From Candidatus Woesearchaeota archaeon (GTDB taxonomy: Archaea; Nanobdellota; Nanobdellia; Woesearchaeales; GW2011-AR9), in assembly GCA_018696595.1 (NCBI GenBank), contig JABHQW010000003.1, forward strand, positions 247,757 to 311,756: a stretch of 64,000 bases of DNA. The letters run 5' to 3'. The notes beneath the pieces were generated by a model. That model saw only the letters and a list, made by a program, of their open reading frames with translations. It made no database searches and was not told where the DNA came from. The position numbers and the translations under genes were made by a program. Position 1 is the first letter of the stretch, and each line of letters opens with the position of its first letter. This document shows positions 1 through 9,588 of this stretch, in pieces.

Positions 1-282
1 AAGGAATTCAAATTAGCTTTCAAGAGGTACTGCGGTAAAGAATTCTATCCCCATATAGTAAGATCTCATTATGCTACAAGTAAAGTTAAAAATTTCATTA
101 AAGGTAAAAGAAAACTCAACAAAAAGGAAGTAAATAAGTTATATTTAGAAATTGCTAGTTCTTTAGGGCATAAAAAGTTCTCAAAAAAAGATAATGTTTG
201 GAAAGAAAGTTTCTCTGTTACTGTGGGACATTATATTGAGCCAAAGTTGGTTGAGAAGGTTAAAAAAATGGTTAGTAAATAA
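1..282 (+). CDS. C-terminal fragment of a DNA topoisomerase IB / tyrosine-recombinase-fold protein (5' truncated by the window)
   Basis: Frame 1 is open to TAA at 280-282: ...FYPHIVRSHYAT...IASSLGHKK...VTVGHYIEP. HxxR, LGH and a C-terminal Tyr are the catalytic R/H/Y arrangement of this superfamily. Confidence 0.6.
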   Translation, partial: KEFKLAFKRYCGKEFYPHIVRSHYATSKVKNFIKGKRKLNKKEVNKLYLEIASSLGHKKFSKKDNVWKESFSVTVGHYIEPKLVEKVKKMVSK

Positions 283-347
283 ATTCTAACTACAATTAAG
301 TGACAACACCCAAAACATTTATAAACTGAACACGAAGAAATAGAGTT

Positions 348-1832
348 ATAACAGATTATTTTACAGAATATGACCAAAAATGGCACCAGAGAATATCTTC
401 TCTTCATGTTAATGCATTACGTACTGCAGAATCAACTGCTAAAGCATCAAAGAAATTTAAAAAAATTATGGTTTCTGCAGAAAGAAAGAGACAACAAGCA
501 TTAATAAATTATGATCAAACAACAGCTCTTGATTCCTTAGAATCTAAATTAAGAGCAATAGATATACAAGAAGATTTAGATACAATGGATTTGTCAAGAG
601 AAATAACTTTAGAAGTTGTGCAAATGGAGTTAAGAACACATTTACGACAATCATTGACAGAGTTAACTGATATTGGTTGGAAAATGTACCAGGATGATTT
701 AAAACAATTTAATGATGAAGGACAATTAATATTTTATTTCAAGTTAGCAAATGAATTATTTATGATCAGTGAATTACATGAAATGGAATTTTCTTATCGT
801 ACTGATGAACCATTATTATCAGATTGTAATGTATTAAAAGAAAGATTATTTCCAAGAGGACCACCTAAAGGAAGTATTGATAGCTTTTTTGAGAGCAGAC
901 AAGATGATGTAAAAACTTTGGTCCAAGAATTACAAAGAAATAATTATATCACTAAGAAAGCAGCAAGAAAATTAACTCAATTATTAAACCCACTTAGTGC
1001 TGAATTAGAAAGAAGAGAAGTGGCTAATATTACTTCAGCGGTAAGCGAACTTTTTGATAGTATTTATAGTACAATAGAAACACATACAAAACCAGTACCA
1101 AAAAAAAAGACAGTTATTGAAGAAAAAGTTGCAACAGGACCAACTCCAGAACAAATTGCTGAAAGTCAAGATGTTTTAATTAATTTCTTTGATTTAAGAG
1201 AAGAAATTGCTGACAATTATGCTAACCAATTATCTCAATCAGATATAATTCATATGTATAGTCAACTAGCCAACACAATTGGTGACGAACCAGCAATAGC
1301 AGTTATTAGAGATAATCCAGAAATTTTAACATATGTACAAACTAATCAATGGAGTAAATATGTCAGAGCCTTAAGTGTTATCTGTAACGGAACCGGGCAA
1401 GAAACAATTGAAAGTTATCCCACAAATGAATATTCCTCTTTAGAAAGAGCTTTAGAATTAAAACAAAAAGTTAATTCGTTTGCTAATAGTAAAGATACAG
1501 CAGAAATAACTGAAGAATTAACAAAACCAGAATTTGAATTATACAGATATACCTTTCTTCATACAGGAAATGAACATGTAAATAGAAGAAGAGAAAGTTT
1601 AATTAAAAAAGGAAAAGTAACAGTTACAGACCGAGATCATTGGAATGGAGGAAGTTCTGGTGCAAGAGGAAATAACATCATCATGAAATTAGATTATGAA
1701 ATCGGGATTTTGTTTTCAGACTTGGGCTTACCAGAACCTGATTGTAATCCTAATTTTGGTCAAAGAACATTATCTATTTCTCCACAAGACCAAGCTAACC
1801 TAGCAGAAGTTGCTGCTTTATATTGTAAATAA
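348..1832 (+). CDS. Hypothetical helical protein (ORF track start 468; frame open from 330, probable ATA start at 348)
   Basis: Long ORF. TTTATAAA at 318 lies exactly 30 bp before ATA at 348, the same TATA-to-start spacing as many ATG genes here. No family recognised. Confidence 0.6.
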   Translation: MTDYFTEYDQKWHQRISSLHVNALRTAESTAKASKKFKKIMVSAERKRQQALINYDQTTALDSLESKLRAIDIQEDLDTMDLSREITLEVVQMELRTHLRQSLTELTDIGWKMYQDDLKQFNDEGQLIFYFKLANELFMISELHEMEFSYRTDEPLLSDCNVLKERLFPRGPPKGSIDSFFESRQDDVKTLVQELQRNNYITKKAARKLTQLLNPLSAELERREVANITSAVSELFDSIYSTIETHTKPVPKKKTVIEEKVATGPTPEQIAESQDVLINFFDLREEIADNYANQLSQSDIIHMYSQLANTIGDEPAIAVIRDNPEILTYVQTNQWSKYVRALSVICNGTGQETIESYPTNEYSSLERALELKQKVNSFANSKDTAEITEELTKPEFELYRYTFLHTGNEHVNRRRESLIKKGKVTVTDRDHWNGGSSGARGNNIIMKLDYEIGILFSDLGLPEPDCNPNFGQRTLSISPQDQANLAEVAALYCK

Positions 1833-1833
1833 A

Positions 1834-1971
1834 TGGGGCCGCGAAGACTTTCAAATTCTCTCTTGCGAAAGAATTTTTTGAATTCCAGGATTAATTATTA
1901 ATCTCTCCGATTCCACGACTTCTGGTTTTGATCCCCAGCCGTGGGTGCTAACCAAGTTACACTACGGCCCC
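1834..1971 (-). tRNA. tRNA-Pro(GGG) with three BHB introns: 37/38 (1932-1920, 13 nt), 53/54 (1904-1883, 22 nt), 59/60 (1876-1848, 29 nt)
   Basis: Acceptor stem GGGGCCG/CGGCCCC+A, D stem GTGT/GCAC, anticodon stem CACGG/TCGTG with loop CTGGGG|G, T stem CGGAG/CTTCG. Removing the three inserts gives a 74-nt cloverleaf with T loop TTCAAAT. Confidence 0.9.
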
Positions 1972-2018
1972 GATGAAGTCTAAGTAAAGAATCAATATAT
2001 AAAATTTACTATAAGAAA

Positions 2019-2432
2019 CTAAAATCTACTTCTCTGATGAAAATCTTCTTTTCCCACCAATCCATCTTCTAAAAGAAACTTTTGAGAACCGATATACAAA
2101 CCATCATGACGTAAATCTAAATTAGCCACTTTAACAAGTCGTTGATATTCCCCATCAACAATATTATCCACCCTGGCTTCTCGAATAGAATCAACAAACT
2201 CAAAAAAATCATTTCCTCCTGAAGAAAAAAGATATTTCCGTTCTGCAGTTTCAATTTCTTTTAACAAATCACCATCAATATCTGGGTTTTGTTTAAGAAA
2301 ACCAGCTTTATTATCAATAATCGCATAAGCACAATAATCCATTTTAACTTGACTTAAAACAGTTTCATCAAAAAAAGATAATTCTGTCATAAAGCGAAGT
2401 ACTTCTGATCTCATTTGGTTCATGATAGTCAT
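2019..2432 (-). CDS. Hypothetical protein
   Basis: 137-aa ORF co-oriented with the NUDIX gene. No motif recognised. Confidence 0.55.
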   Translation of the reverse strand: MTIMNQMRSEVLRFMTELSFFDETVLSQVKMDYCAYAIIDNKAGFLKQNPDIDGDLLKEIETAERKYLFSSGGNDFFEFVDSIREARVDNIVDGEYQRLVKVANLDLRHDGLYIGSQKFLLEDGLVGKEDFHQRSRF

Positions 2433-2463
2433 AAATCTGTTTGGAAAAGGTTAGTTTATAAAA

Positions 2464-2898
2464 TTAATGCTTATAAATTTCATTAGTAAAGAAGTTCTTA
2501 ATTATTTTCACACAAGGTGGAAATACTTTCTCTGGCAATTCTGAAAAGGAAAACCAACGCCACTCGACTATTTCATCTGGTTCCATTGTTTTAACATCTC
2601 CTTCAAAGTCTGTACAAATAAATCCGTTAGTTACAAAATGGTTGTCATGTACAATTTCATCCGTCACACTAATTAGTTTTAAATTATTAGCTTTCAGACT
2701 AGTTTCTTCTTCTAACTCCCTCATAGCACTCTCTTTAATTGTTTGATGCCAATCAACTTTACCACCTGGCATAGTCCAAGTTCCTTCTCCATGTAATTCA
2801 GAACTAGCTTTCTCTGCATCAGAATGTCTTAAACCTAAAAGAACCTTATGATTTCTAACAACCATAACTCCTACTCCTGCTCTTGGATATTTTGTCAT
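2464..2898 (-). CDS. NUDIX hydrolase (NUDT15/MutT-like)
   Basis: Nudix box GGKVDWHQTIKESAMRELEEETSL and N-terminal GVGVMVV. Start at 2898 chosen from TATA spacing. Confidence 0.9.
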   Translation of the reverse strand: MTKYPRAGVGVMVVRNHKVLLGLRHSDAEKASSELHGEGTWTMPGGKVDWHQTIKESAMRELEEETSLKANNLKLISVTDEIVHDNHFVTNGFICTDFEGDVKTMEPDEIVEWRWFSFSELPEKVFPPCVKIIKNFFTNEIYKH

Positions 2899-2951
2899 AA
2901 TAACAACAAGAAACAAATACATTTAAAAACTTTATGAATAACATTTAATAG

Positions 2952-3422
2952 ATGAGAGAAAAACCTAAAGAGCGGTTAACCACCTGGTTATTCCTATTTG
3001 CATACTTAACTACTTTAGCAATAACTTTCTTAGACTTTTTCAAACTTAAAATATTAACATTTAATTACGAAATCATTTTTGGGATCCTTTTAGCAGGAGG
3101 AATAGCCTTAAGACTTCTTTGTAGAATGTGGTTAAGAAGGTTTTTTAGTATCCATATTAAGATTAAAAAAGACCATGAAATTGTTAGAAAAGGATTATAT
3201 AAATATGTTAGACATCCGATGTATACTTCTACACTTTTAATTTTCTTAGGTTTTGCAGGAATATTTTCTTCAATCTTAGGAATAATTGCAACTCTAGTTT
3301 TAATACTACCAGTAACTTTGTTAAGAATTAAACGAGAAGAATATTATTTGAAACAGAAAACAAAAGAACGTTATGAAGATTATATGAGAAATACTAAGAA
3401 ACTAATCCCTTTTATTTATTAA
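2952..3422 (+). CDS. Isoprenylcysteine carboxylmethyltransferase (ICMT/Ste14) family membrane protein
   Basis: GLYKYVRHPMY and REEYYL...YEDY...KLIPFIY motifs; several TM helices. Confidence 0.88.
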   Translation: MREKPKERLTTWLFLFAYLTTLAITFLDFFKLKILTFNYEIIFGILLAGGIALRLLCRMWLRRFFSIHIKIKKDHEIVRKGLYKYVRHPMYTSTLLIFLGFAGIFSSILGIIATLVLILPVTLLRIKREEYYLKQKTKERYEDYMRNTKKLIPFIY

Positions 3423-3429
3423 ACAACTT

Positions 3430-4338
3430 CTACTTATTTTTTGTGATTAAGCTTATTACAGTATCAGAAAAAGGGACAAGGATATCTTTTCTAGTAACTC
3501 CAAAATATTCTTGCCAACTTTCATCAAACCAACCACCATGCTTAAGAAAAGTTTCCTCTTCTTTCACAAAACTAGGATTATCAGAAACTAATAATTTTCC
3601 ACCTGGCGCTAAACTTTTAGTGATATTAGCCATAGCTAATCTCTGTGCTTCTGGAGATAATTGATACATAACACTCATGCAATTAGCGAAATGGAATCTT
3701 CCTTCATGTAAAACAACATCAGCAATATCATTATGGTGAACATCAACGTTTCCAGGAAATATTTTTCTAAGTCTACCATGATTAACTTTAAAGGATTTAG
3801 GAACCTTTGCTTTCTTAATTCCTTCACGTAAATAATAGTTCGGACCAAAACTTCTTGAACTTCGACATTCGGAATCAAAAAGTAATCCTAGCTCTCCTTC
3901 AACCGCACCTGAGCAACCTTTAGCAACCTTACAATAATCAAACCAAGATTCCCCACCAGTTGGATCTTCTTCCCAACTAATTCTTGCAAACAAATGTTTT
4001 CTTCCAAGAACATTTTCAACAATCCCAGAATGATTATCAACAATAGTCATGCCATATTCAATTCCTTTTTCTTCAAGCTTTGCCCCGATAAAATATGGTT
4101 CATAAGAACAAAGTAAAGGATGAGCCCAAATGCCTACACCAATTTGTAAAACTTCAAACTTTTCCAAAAACTCTACTTCTGGAATTACTTGTTGCTCTAA
4201 AACATTTAAAACTCTTGGCATTCGATCAATTCCCGTTTGGGTAAGATATTTTTCTGAGTCCAACCAAGTACTGCCTTGATGAATAATAACGGGTTCATAT
4301 CTTTCTCTAAGTTCTGCTAATAATGTGTCTTTATCCAT
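3430..4338 (-). CDS. Putative class I SAM-dependent methyltransferase
   Basis: VLQIGVG motif-I-like segment, FHFANCMSVMYQL, and SLAPGGKLLV (LxPGG motif). Confidence 0.6.
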   Translation of the reverse strand: MDKDTLLAELRERYEPVIIHQGSTWLDSEKYLTQTGIDRMPRVLNVLEQQVIPEVEFLEKFEVLQIGVGIWAHPLLCSYEPYFIGAKLEEKGIEYGMTIVDNHSGIVENVLGRKHLFARISWEEDPTGGESWFDYCKVAKGCSGAVEGELGLLFDSECRSSRSFGPNYYLREGIKKAKVPKSFKVNHGRLRKIFPGNVDVHHNDIADVVLHEGRFHFANCMSVMYQLSPEAQRLAMANITKSLAPGGKLLVSDNPSFVKEEETFLKHGGWFDESWQEYFGVTRKDILVPFSDTVISLITKNK

Positions 4339-4386
4339 TAGAATTGATTAAGATAAAGAATCTTTTAAAAATCTTTTGTAAAGGAA

Positions 4387-5853
4387 CTACTTAAGGGTAA
4401 CAACTTCGCCCACTAAACTTCTTAACATATGCGAAACAATCTTAACCTTAATCTTCTTACCAAGAGGAATCCGACCTTTAACACCAATAATCAAAGGATA
4501 AGTTCCAATTTGTCGACAGAAAGTAGTTTTTCCATCATAAATCTCTGTGTAAACTTCACTAAGAACAGTTCCAACAGGTACAACTCGTTTCAACATTGGC
4601 AAATCAATCTTCTGCCGGATTTCATTTCTCCATTTCCAATAATGTTTCTTATTCTTTCGCAGAAACTTATTTCCGCCATGCTCTTCCAAATATGTTCCAG
4701 GCATAACGACAGCTTGCCGCAAATTAATACGACGCAACATTAATCCTGAATCTAAGATCTCTAACAAAGCATCCATGTTCTTCTGATGAGTTCCTTTCCG
4801 TTCTTCAAGTAAACCAAAAATCAAATTCAAACCAGGAAGAAAAACAGGCATTCCATTCTTGCCCCTCTCTGAACCATACTTGTTGATAATTTCAATTGCT
4901 TTCATTGCCACACTAGGAGTCGTGTTCATCCTGTTAGCCTTCACAACTTCCGGATCAAAAGATTCAATTCCAAAAGCAGCAATGTTTCCAGGGGTACAAT
5001 ATTTAACAATCGCTTTCGTTATTGCTTCGCCATCTTTAGAAACAACAGAATTTGGATTAACATTATCAATATGAAGAACTTCAATCTTTGGACACTTTTT
5101 GTTAATCCCCTCCAATAACTCAATAGGCCTATCAATCGCATAAAAGTCTGCTTGTTTTCCAATACGAAAATAACGAGCCCCCGAATTATAATAAGCAACA
5201 ACCTCTTCTAAAACACCTTCCATTTTACGATTACAAAACTTATTCTTGATTGACTCGGTACAAAAACTACACTTCCCGAACTTGCAACCACGAGAAGTTT
5301 CAATTTCAATTACTCTTTTATCAGGAATCTGATTCAATATACCGGCACCTTCAACCACGTATTTATCTAACTCATCAAAAGCATAAGTATAATCTTTAAC
5401 TTCATTAAACAAAGATAAATCTTCTTTCTCAAAAGATTTTCCACCTTCAAGTTGGGTACCAAATACGGCAGGCCCAGTAAGAATTTTCTCACACTTAATA
5501 TCCTTTAACATTGGCAAGACTTCTTTTAAAGTCCCAGGAACAGCAGTTAAATATTTGCCAGGAACGTGTACCCCAAGAATTACAATCAACAGATCTGTTT
5601 TTAATAAAGTTTCTTCAGCCTTATTCTTGGTAAGGTTATTCACATAAATGTTTGTTTTCTCTTTCACAGAAGGTTCTTTCTTAACACCTTTCAACTGTTT
5701 CCATAATCTTAAATCATCAATAGTCAGATAATTAACGGAATCTCCTGAAGAAGTAAACTTACCAAATAAATACCTAGGATAAGTTCCTAAGTATGGTGGA
5801 ACACCTAATCCAGAAGCTTCATCTGTGTAACAGTCAAGTATAGTTATGTTCAT
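4387..5853 (-). CDS. Archaeal radical SAM protein (COG1031-like) with C-terminal TRAM-like domain
   Basis: ILDCYTDEASGLGVPPY N-terminus; ETSRGCKFGKCSFC cluster motif; GIESFD; VPVGTVL...GTYP TRAM-like tail. ATG at 5853 preferred over the ORF-track start at 5937. Confidence 0.85.
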   Translation of the reverse strand: MNITILDCYTDEASGLGVPPYLGTYPRYLFGKFTSSGDSVNYLTIDDLRLWKQLKGVKKEPSVKEKTNIYVNNLTKNKAEETLLKTDLLIVILGVHVPGKYLTAVPGTLKEVLPMLKDIKCEKILTGPAVFGTQLEGGKSFEKEDLSLFNEVKDYTYAFDELDKYVVEGAGILNQIPDKRVIEIETSRGCKFGKCSFCTESIKNKFCNRKMEGVLEEVVAYYNSGARYFRIGKQADFYAIDRPIELLEGINKKCPKIEVLHIDNVNPNSVVSKDGEAITKAIVKYCTPGNIAAFGIESFDPEVVKANRMNTTPSVAMKAIEIINKYGSERGKNGMPVFLPGLNLIFGLLEERKGTHQKNMDALLEILDSGLMLRRINLRQAVVMPGTYLEEHGGNKFLRKNKKHYWKWRNEIRQKIDLPMLKRVVPVGTVLSEVYTEIYDGKTTFCRQIGTYPLIIGVKGRIPLGKKIKVKIVSHMLRSLVGEVVTLK

Positions 5854-5957
5854 GATATCATTAATTACTTGTTTTATTATAAATATAACGATTGAAAATA
5901 TAACTCCCAGTACAACAATGCTTTTTAACAAGTTCAAGATAATAAATATTGAAAAAG

Positions 5958-6530
5958 ATGGTCTATAAAATAGGATTAACTTCTACCCACGGCACAGGAA
6001 AAACATCATTAAGATTCGATGTTGCTGGCGCTTTATCAAAAAGGGGGATCAAAACAATTGATGTTAGAGAAGTCGCCACATTAGCAACACATTTGGGGAT
6101 TCCGATTAACCAAGAGACAACTTTAGAAGCACAAGCATGGATATTACATAAACAATGCACATTAGAACTTAAAGGAGAAATCGACAAATATCAAGCTATT
6201 GTTTCAGATAGGACGGTTTTTGATAATTATATCTATTTAGCTAATGCCTGTGGAGAAAACCCTCATTATTTGAATTTAGCATTGAACCATGCAAAACAAC
6301 ACCCATATTCAAAGATTTATTTATTACCTGTAGTTGGAGAACTGGAAGAAAATGGAACCAGAGATGCTGAAGATAAACAATTTCAAATAACCATCAATGA
6401 CAAATTAGAAGCATTTCTGGAAAAACATAATATTGAACATATTAAACTTCCAATTCCTAAACCTTATGATGGCGATAGAGAAGAGTGGTTAAAATTAATT
6501 GTTTATGAAACACTTAAAGATTTAGAATAA
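5958..6530 (+). CDS. AAA_28 / NadR-type P-loop kinase-ATPase
   Basis: STHGTGKT P-loop, SDRTVFDNYIY, ENGTRD. Confidence 0.75.
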   Translation: MVYKIGLTSTHGTGKTSLRFDVAGALSKRGIKTIDVREVATLATHLGIPINQETTLEAQAWILHKQCTLELKGEIDKYQAIVSDRTVFDNYIYLANACGENPHYLNLALNHAKQHPYSKIYLLPVVGELEENGTRDAEDKQFQITINDKLEAFLEKHNIEHIKLPIPKPYDGDREEWLKLIVYETLKDLE

Positions 6531-6534
6531 TAGA

Positions 6535-7260
6535 ATGGCAAAACAGATAATCTTAATTGCTGGCAACATTTGTGCAGGAAAGACCGAACTTGGTAAGTAC
6601 ATTGAAGAAAATAAAGCACAGTTCGAACCATTTCTTGCAGAAGGTGAAGAAGTTACATTCATTCCTGAATTTATTGATCCAGTAGCATTAGAGTTATTTT
6701 ATAAAGACATGAAAGAACATAGTGTAACCTTTGAAGAAAGCTGTCTAAGAGGAAGAATTAACCGCCACTTAAAAGCCAAACAGGAGTCAGGGATTTACAT
6801 TTTTGACAGAGGCACGATTGAAGGAGCAGAAACATTTTGTAAGAATTCTTTCGAAGAAGATAATCTTTCACGTGAAGACTATGAGAATTACCATCGTAAC
6901 TTAGAAAGGGGATTAGACCAATTAGATCGTACAAAACAAGATCAATGGTTAGAACAGATAGTTATTTATTTAAAAGTTGGTAATGAAAAAGTTTTAGTTG
7001 AAAGACAAAAACAAAGAGATACAGCTAACGAAACTATTCCTATTGAATATCTAATAAAGATTAACAGAATGTATGAAACTCTTTTTGGTAATGTTGACCT
7101 GGTTTATTCAAAGTATGCTGTAAGGGCGCCAGAAGTAATAACAGTTGACGCCACCCAGGATTTCACTCGAGATAAAGGTTATCATTCAAGAATACTAGAC
7201 TCTTTGGTCCAATCACTAGAAAGAAAACAAGATAGAAACCAACAAATTCTTCTAAAGTAA
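6535..7260 (+). CDS. Deoxynucleoside kinase (dAK/dGK family)
   Basis: IAGNICAGKT, FDRGTIEGAETF, IYLKV...RQKQRD..E.IPIEYL. Confidence 0.85.
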   Translation: MAKQIILIAGNICAGKTELGKYIEENKAQFEPFLAEGEEVTFIPEFIDPVALELFYKDMKEHSVTFEESCLRGRINRHLKAKQESGIYIFDRGTIEGAETFCKNSFEEDNLSREDYENYHRNLERGLDQLDRTKQDQWLEQIVIYLKVGNEKVLVERQKQRDTANETIPIEYLIKINRMYETLFGNVDLVYSKYAVRAPEVITVDATQDFTRDKGYHSRILDSLVQSLERKQDRNQQILLK

Positions 7261-7296
7261 TAAATAAGAAAAAAGAAAAAAGAAAAAAAAAGAAAT

Positions 7297-9255
7297 TTAC
7301 TTTCGCTTCATTAACCAGTAAGCAACCACAATTACTGCAATTACTACCAAGATTAAAGCCACCCACGGCCAAGTTGATTTGCCTTCTTTAGTTATTTCTT
7401 CAGTTATTTCTTCAGTAGTTTCTTCAACAACTTCTTCGCCAACTTCAGCTACTTCAGCCACTTCTTCAGCAACTAGCTCTTCTTCAGTTAACGGAGCCGC
7501 TTCTTCTTTTTGCCCAATTACAAAATAACTGAATCCAGGAGTTTCCGCGGTATAATGTTGATAAGTATCATCAGCAGAACCAAGGGTTGTCTTCAACTCT
7601 ACCCACTTCTCATCGACATACCTAAACATAGCAACATTATTCTTACTAAACTTGTTTTCTTTCAACCATGCTTTAGTTACTTTAAAGTCAATTGTTACTG
7701 ATCCTTCTAAAGCTTCTTGAACATTATTCTCAGTAATCTTAACATTCTTGTAAACTTTGTTACTAAATGTTTTAACGTTACTCGGCAAACTAGTTTTCTT
7801 CTCAACTTTTAACCAAGCCCCGTAAATGGTTTTGTCAACTTTAAAGTTTACTTCAGTAACACCAATTTCACCATTATCAACTTCCACGGTGGCTGTTTCT
7901 CCACTATTAATGGAAGCCCAAACTTCTTTTGCAAATAAACCCGCAGCACCTGTTCCGATACCACCAGAAGAACCACTATTACCACCACCACTAGATGATG
8001 CTGTACTTTCAGTATATTGGACACTACGCGCATTTCCAGCCTCGTCTGTACAAACAACAGTAAAAGTAAAGGAAGTTTCAGATTGCAATCCAGAATAAGT
8101 AATTGTCCAGGAATCTTTAGTCCCAGTAATAGAACCAATATCTGAAGTACAACTAGCAGCATCAACATTTGTACTTACATCAATTGTAAGTGAACTGGTT
8201 GATATAGTTGTAGATGTAAAAGAAATAGTTGGTGCAGTATTGTCAATCCAAAATGTTCTATTTACTGACCAAGACTCATTAATGTTATTAGCAGTATCAT
8301 TCACATAAACAGTTAAGTTATAATGACCATCAGTAATATTTGCAGTACCATAACTAATGTTCCAAGAACTTCCATTAGCAGCAGTAATGTTTATTAAATA
8401 CTGAGACCCACTAGCATTACTAAAATTAAGAACAACCCAATCAACACCAGCTAAACCATCTGTAGCAGTTACGTTAAAAAGAACAACACCACTTAAGTTA
8501 TTACTAGAGTTACCAGTTATGTTCAACTGAGTAACTGCTGGAGCAATAGTATCATAAACAAACTCAAATCTAGTAGTACTATTCACATTGTTAACTGTAT
8601 CGTTTGCCAAGATAGTTAAATTATATCTATTGTTACTCAAATTACCAGACGCATTTAATGTAAAGTTCCAATAATTGCCATTAGCAACAGATGAGTTGTA
8701 GATATAAATTTGTCCACTACTACCATTACTAATATTAAACCTTACCCAATCCATTCCAACTAAAGCATCTGTGGCAGTTACATTGAAAAGGAAAGTGTTA
8801 GTACTAAAATTACCTGCCGGTGTGTTAATAGTTACTACAGGAACAGTGTTATCAACTGTAATATTTATCGAATAATTAGATGGCATATTCAATGCACCAG
8901 AAACATTGGACATGTTAATCATTAATTTATACATTCCATCTGTAAGAATTGAGGTGTCAAATAATGAAGATTGATTATTATCAAATTTAACGTCATTTAA
9001 AGTATTATTCCAAATAGTTTCGTTGTAAACAAAAGATCCATTTAATGCTTGAAAACGAAACGTCACATTTGTAATGTTGTTAGCGTTTGACCCATCTTGG
9101 TTCAATGTTACATTCAGCACAATACTCCCACTATAATTAGTCATATTTACTGGTGCAACGACCGTCGAAGAACTAATTAGTCCAAAAGCAAAACAAGCTA
9201 ATAAAACAAATACTAAAACAAATAAAACCAGGATCCCTTTTTTTTTGAAATTCAT
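7297..9255 (-). CDS. Cell-surface glycoprotein with Ig-like repeats and PGF-pre-PGF domain
   Basis: Signal peptide; very dense NxS/T sequons; repeated (V/Y/I)DxxxP Big-like repeats; TPGFSYFVIG motif; acidic linker; C-terminal TM + KRK. RBS GAGGTTGA precedes ATG 9255. Confidence 0.85.
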   Translation of the reverse strand: MNFKKKGILVLFVLVFVLLACFAFGLISSSTVVAPVNMTNYSGSIVLNVTLNQDGSNANNITNVTFRFQALNGSFVYNETIWNNTLNDVKFDNNQSSLFDTSILTDGMYKLMINMSNVSGALNMPSNYSINITVDNTVPVVTINTPAGNFSTNTFLFNVTATDALVGMDWVRFNISNGSSGQIYIYNSSVANGNYWNFTLNASGNLSNNRYNLTILANDTVNNVNSTTRFEFVYDTIAPAVTQLNITGNSSNNLSGVVLFNVTATDGLAGVDWVVLNFSNASGSQYLINITAANGSSWNISYGTANITDGHYNLTVYVNDTANNINESWSVNRTFWIDNTAPTISFTSTTISTSSLTIDVSTNVDAASCTSDIGSITGTKDSWTITYSGLQSETSFTFTVVCTDEAGNARSVQYTESTASSSGGGNSGSSGGIGTGAAGLFAKEVWASINSGETATVEVDNGEIGVTEVNFKVDKTIYGAWLKVEKKTSLPSNVKTFSNKVYKNVKITENNVQEALEGSVTIDFKVTKAWLKENKFSKNNVAMFRYVDEKWVELKTTLGSADDTYQHYTAETPGFSYFVIGQKEEAAPLTEEELVAEEVAEVAEVGEEVVEETTEEITEEITKEGKSTWPWVALILVVIAVIVVAYWLMKRK

Positions 9256-9390
9256 ATATATCAACCTCTTTTTTTAAATGTAAATTTATAGTAATAGTAA
9301 ATCTTAGGACATTATAAAAGTTTCTTTTTCTAGAAAATAGTTCTATATCTGTAAACTATATGTTCAATAACATAAATAAAAAGAAAAAAA

Positions 9391-9539
9391 TGGACTTGCC
9401 GAGACTTTCAAAAATAATTCCGCAGTGCGTTGGATTTTATATCCAACTCGCTCTTGCGTATCAAATGCGCGTAACCATTTGGTTGAACTCGGGTCCCACG
9501 GCTGCCAGCCGTGAATAATAGCCGTTATACTACAAGCCC
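9391..9539 (-). tRNA. tRNA-Ala(GGC) with a 77-nt intron at 59/60 (9481-9405)
   Basis: Acceptor stem GGGCTTG/CAAGTCC+A with the G3:U70 Ala identity pair; anticodon arm CACGG-CTGGCAG-CCGTG; T stem CCGAG/CTCGG; BHB core TTCA/TGAA. Confidence 0.9.
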
Positions 9540-9588
9540 AAAACAAAACAGAAATAATTAACCTACTATATATACATAACGGAAAAAT

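Noticed and set aside
9405-9481. Nested intron within the tRNA-Ala intron
   Set aside because: No internal 3-4-3 BHB could be drawn; candidate bulges were 2 or 4 nt.
9364-9546. 60-aa ORF on minus
   Set aside because: It overlaps tRNA-Ala and its intron entirely.
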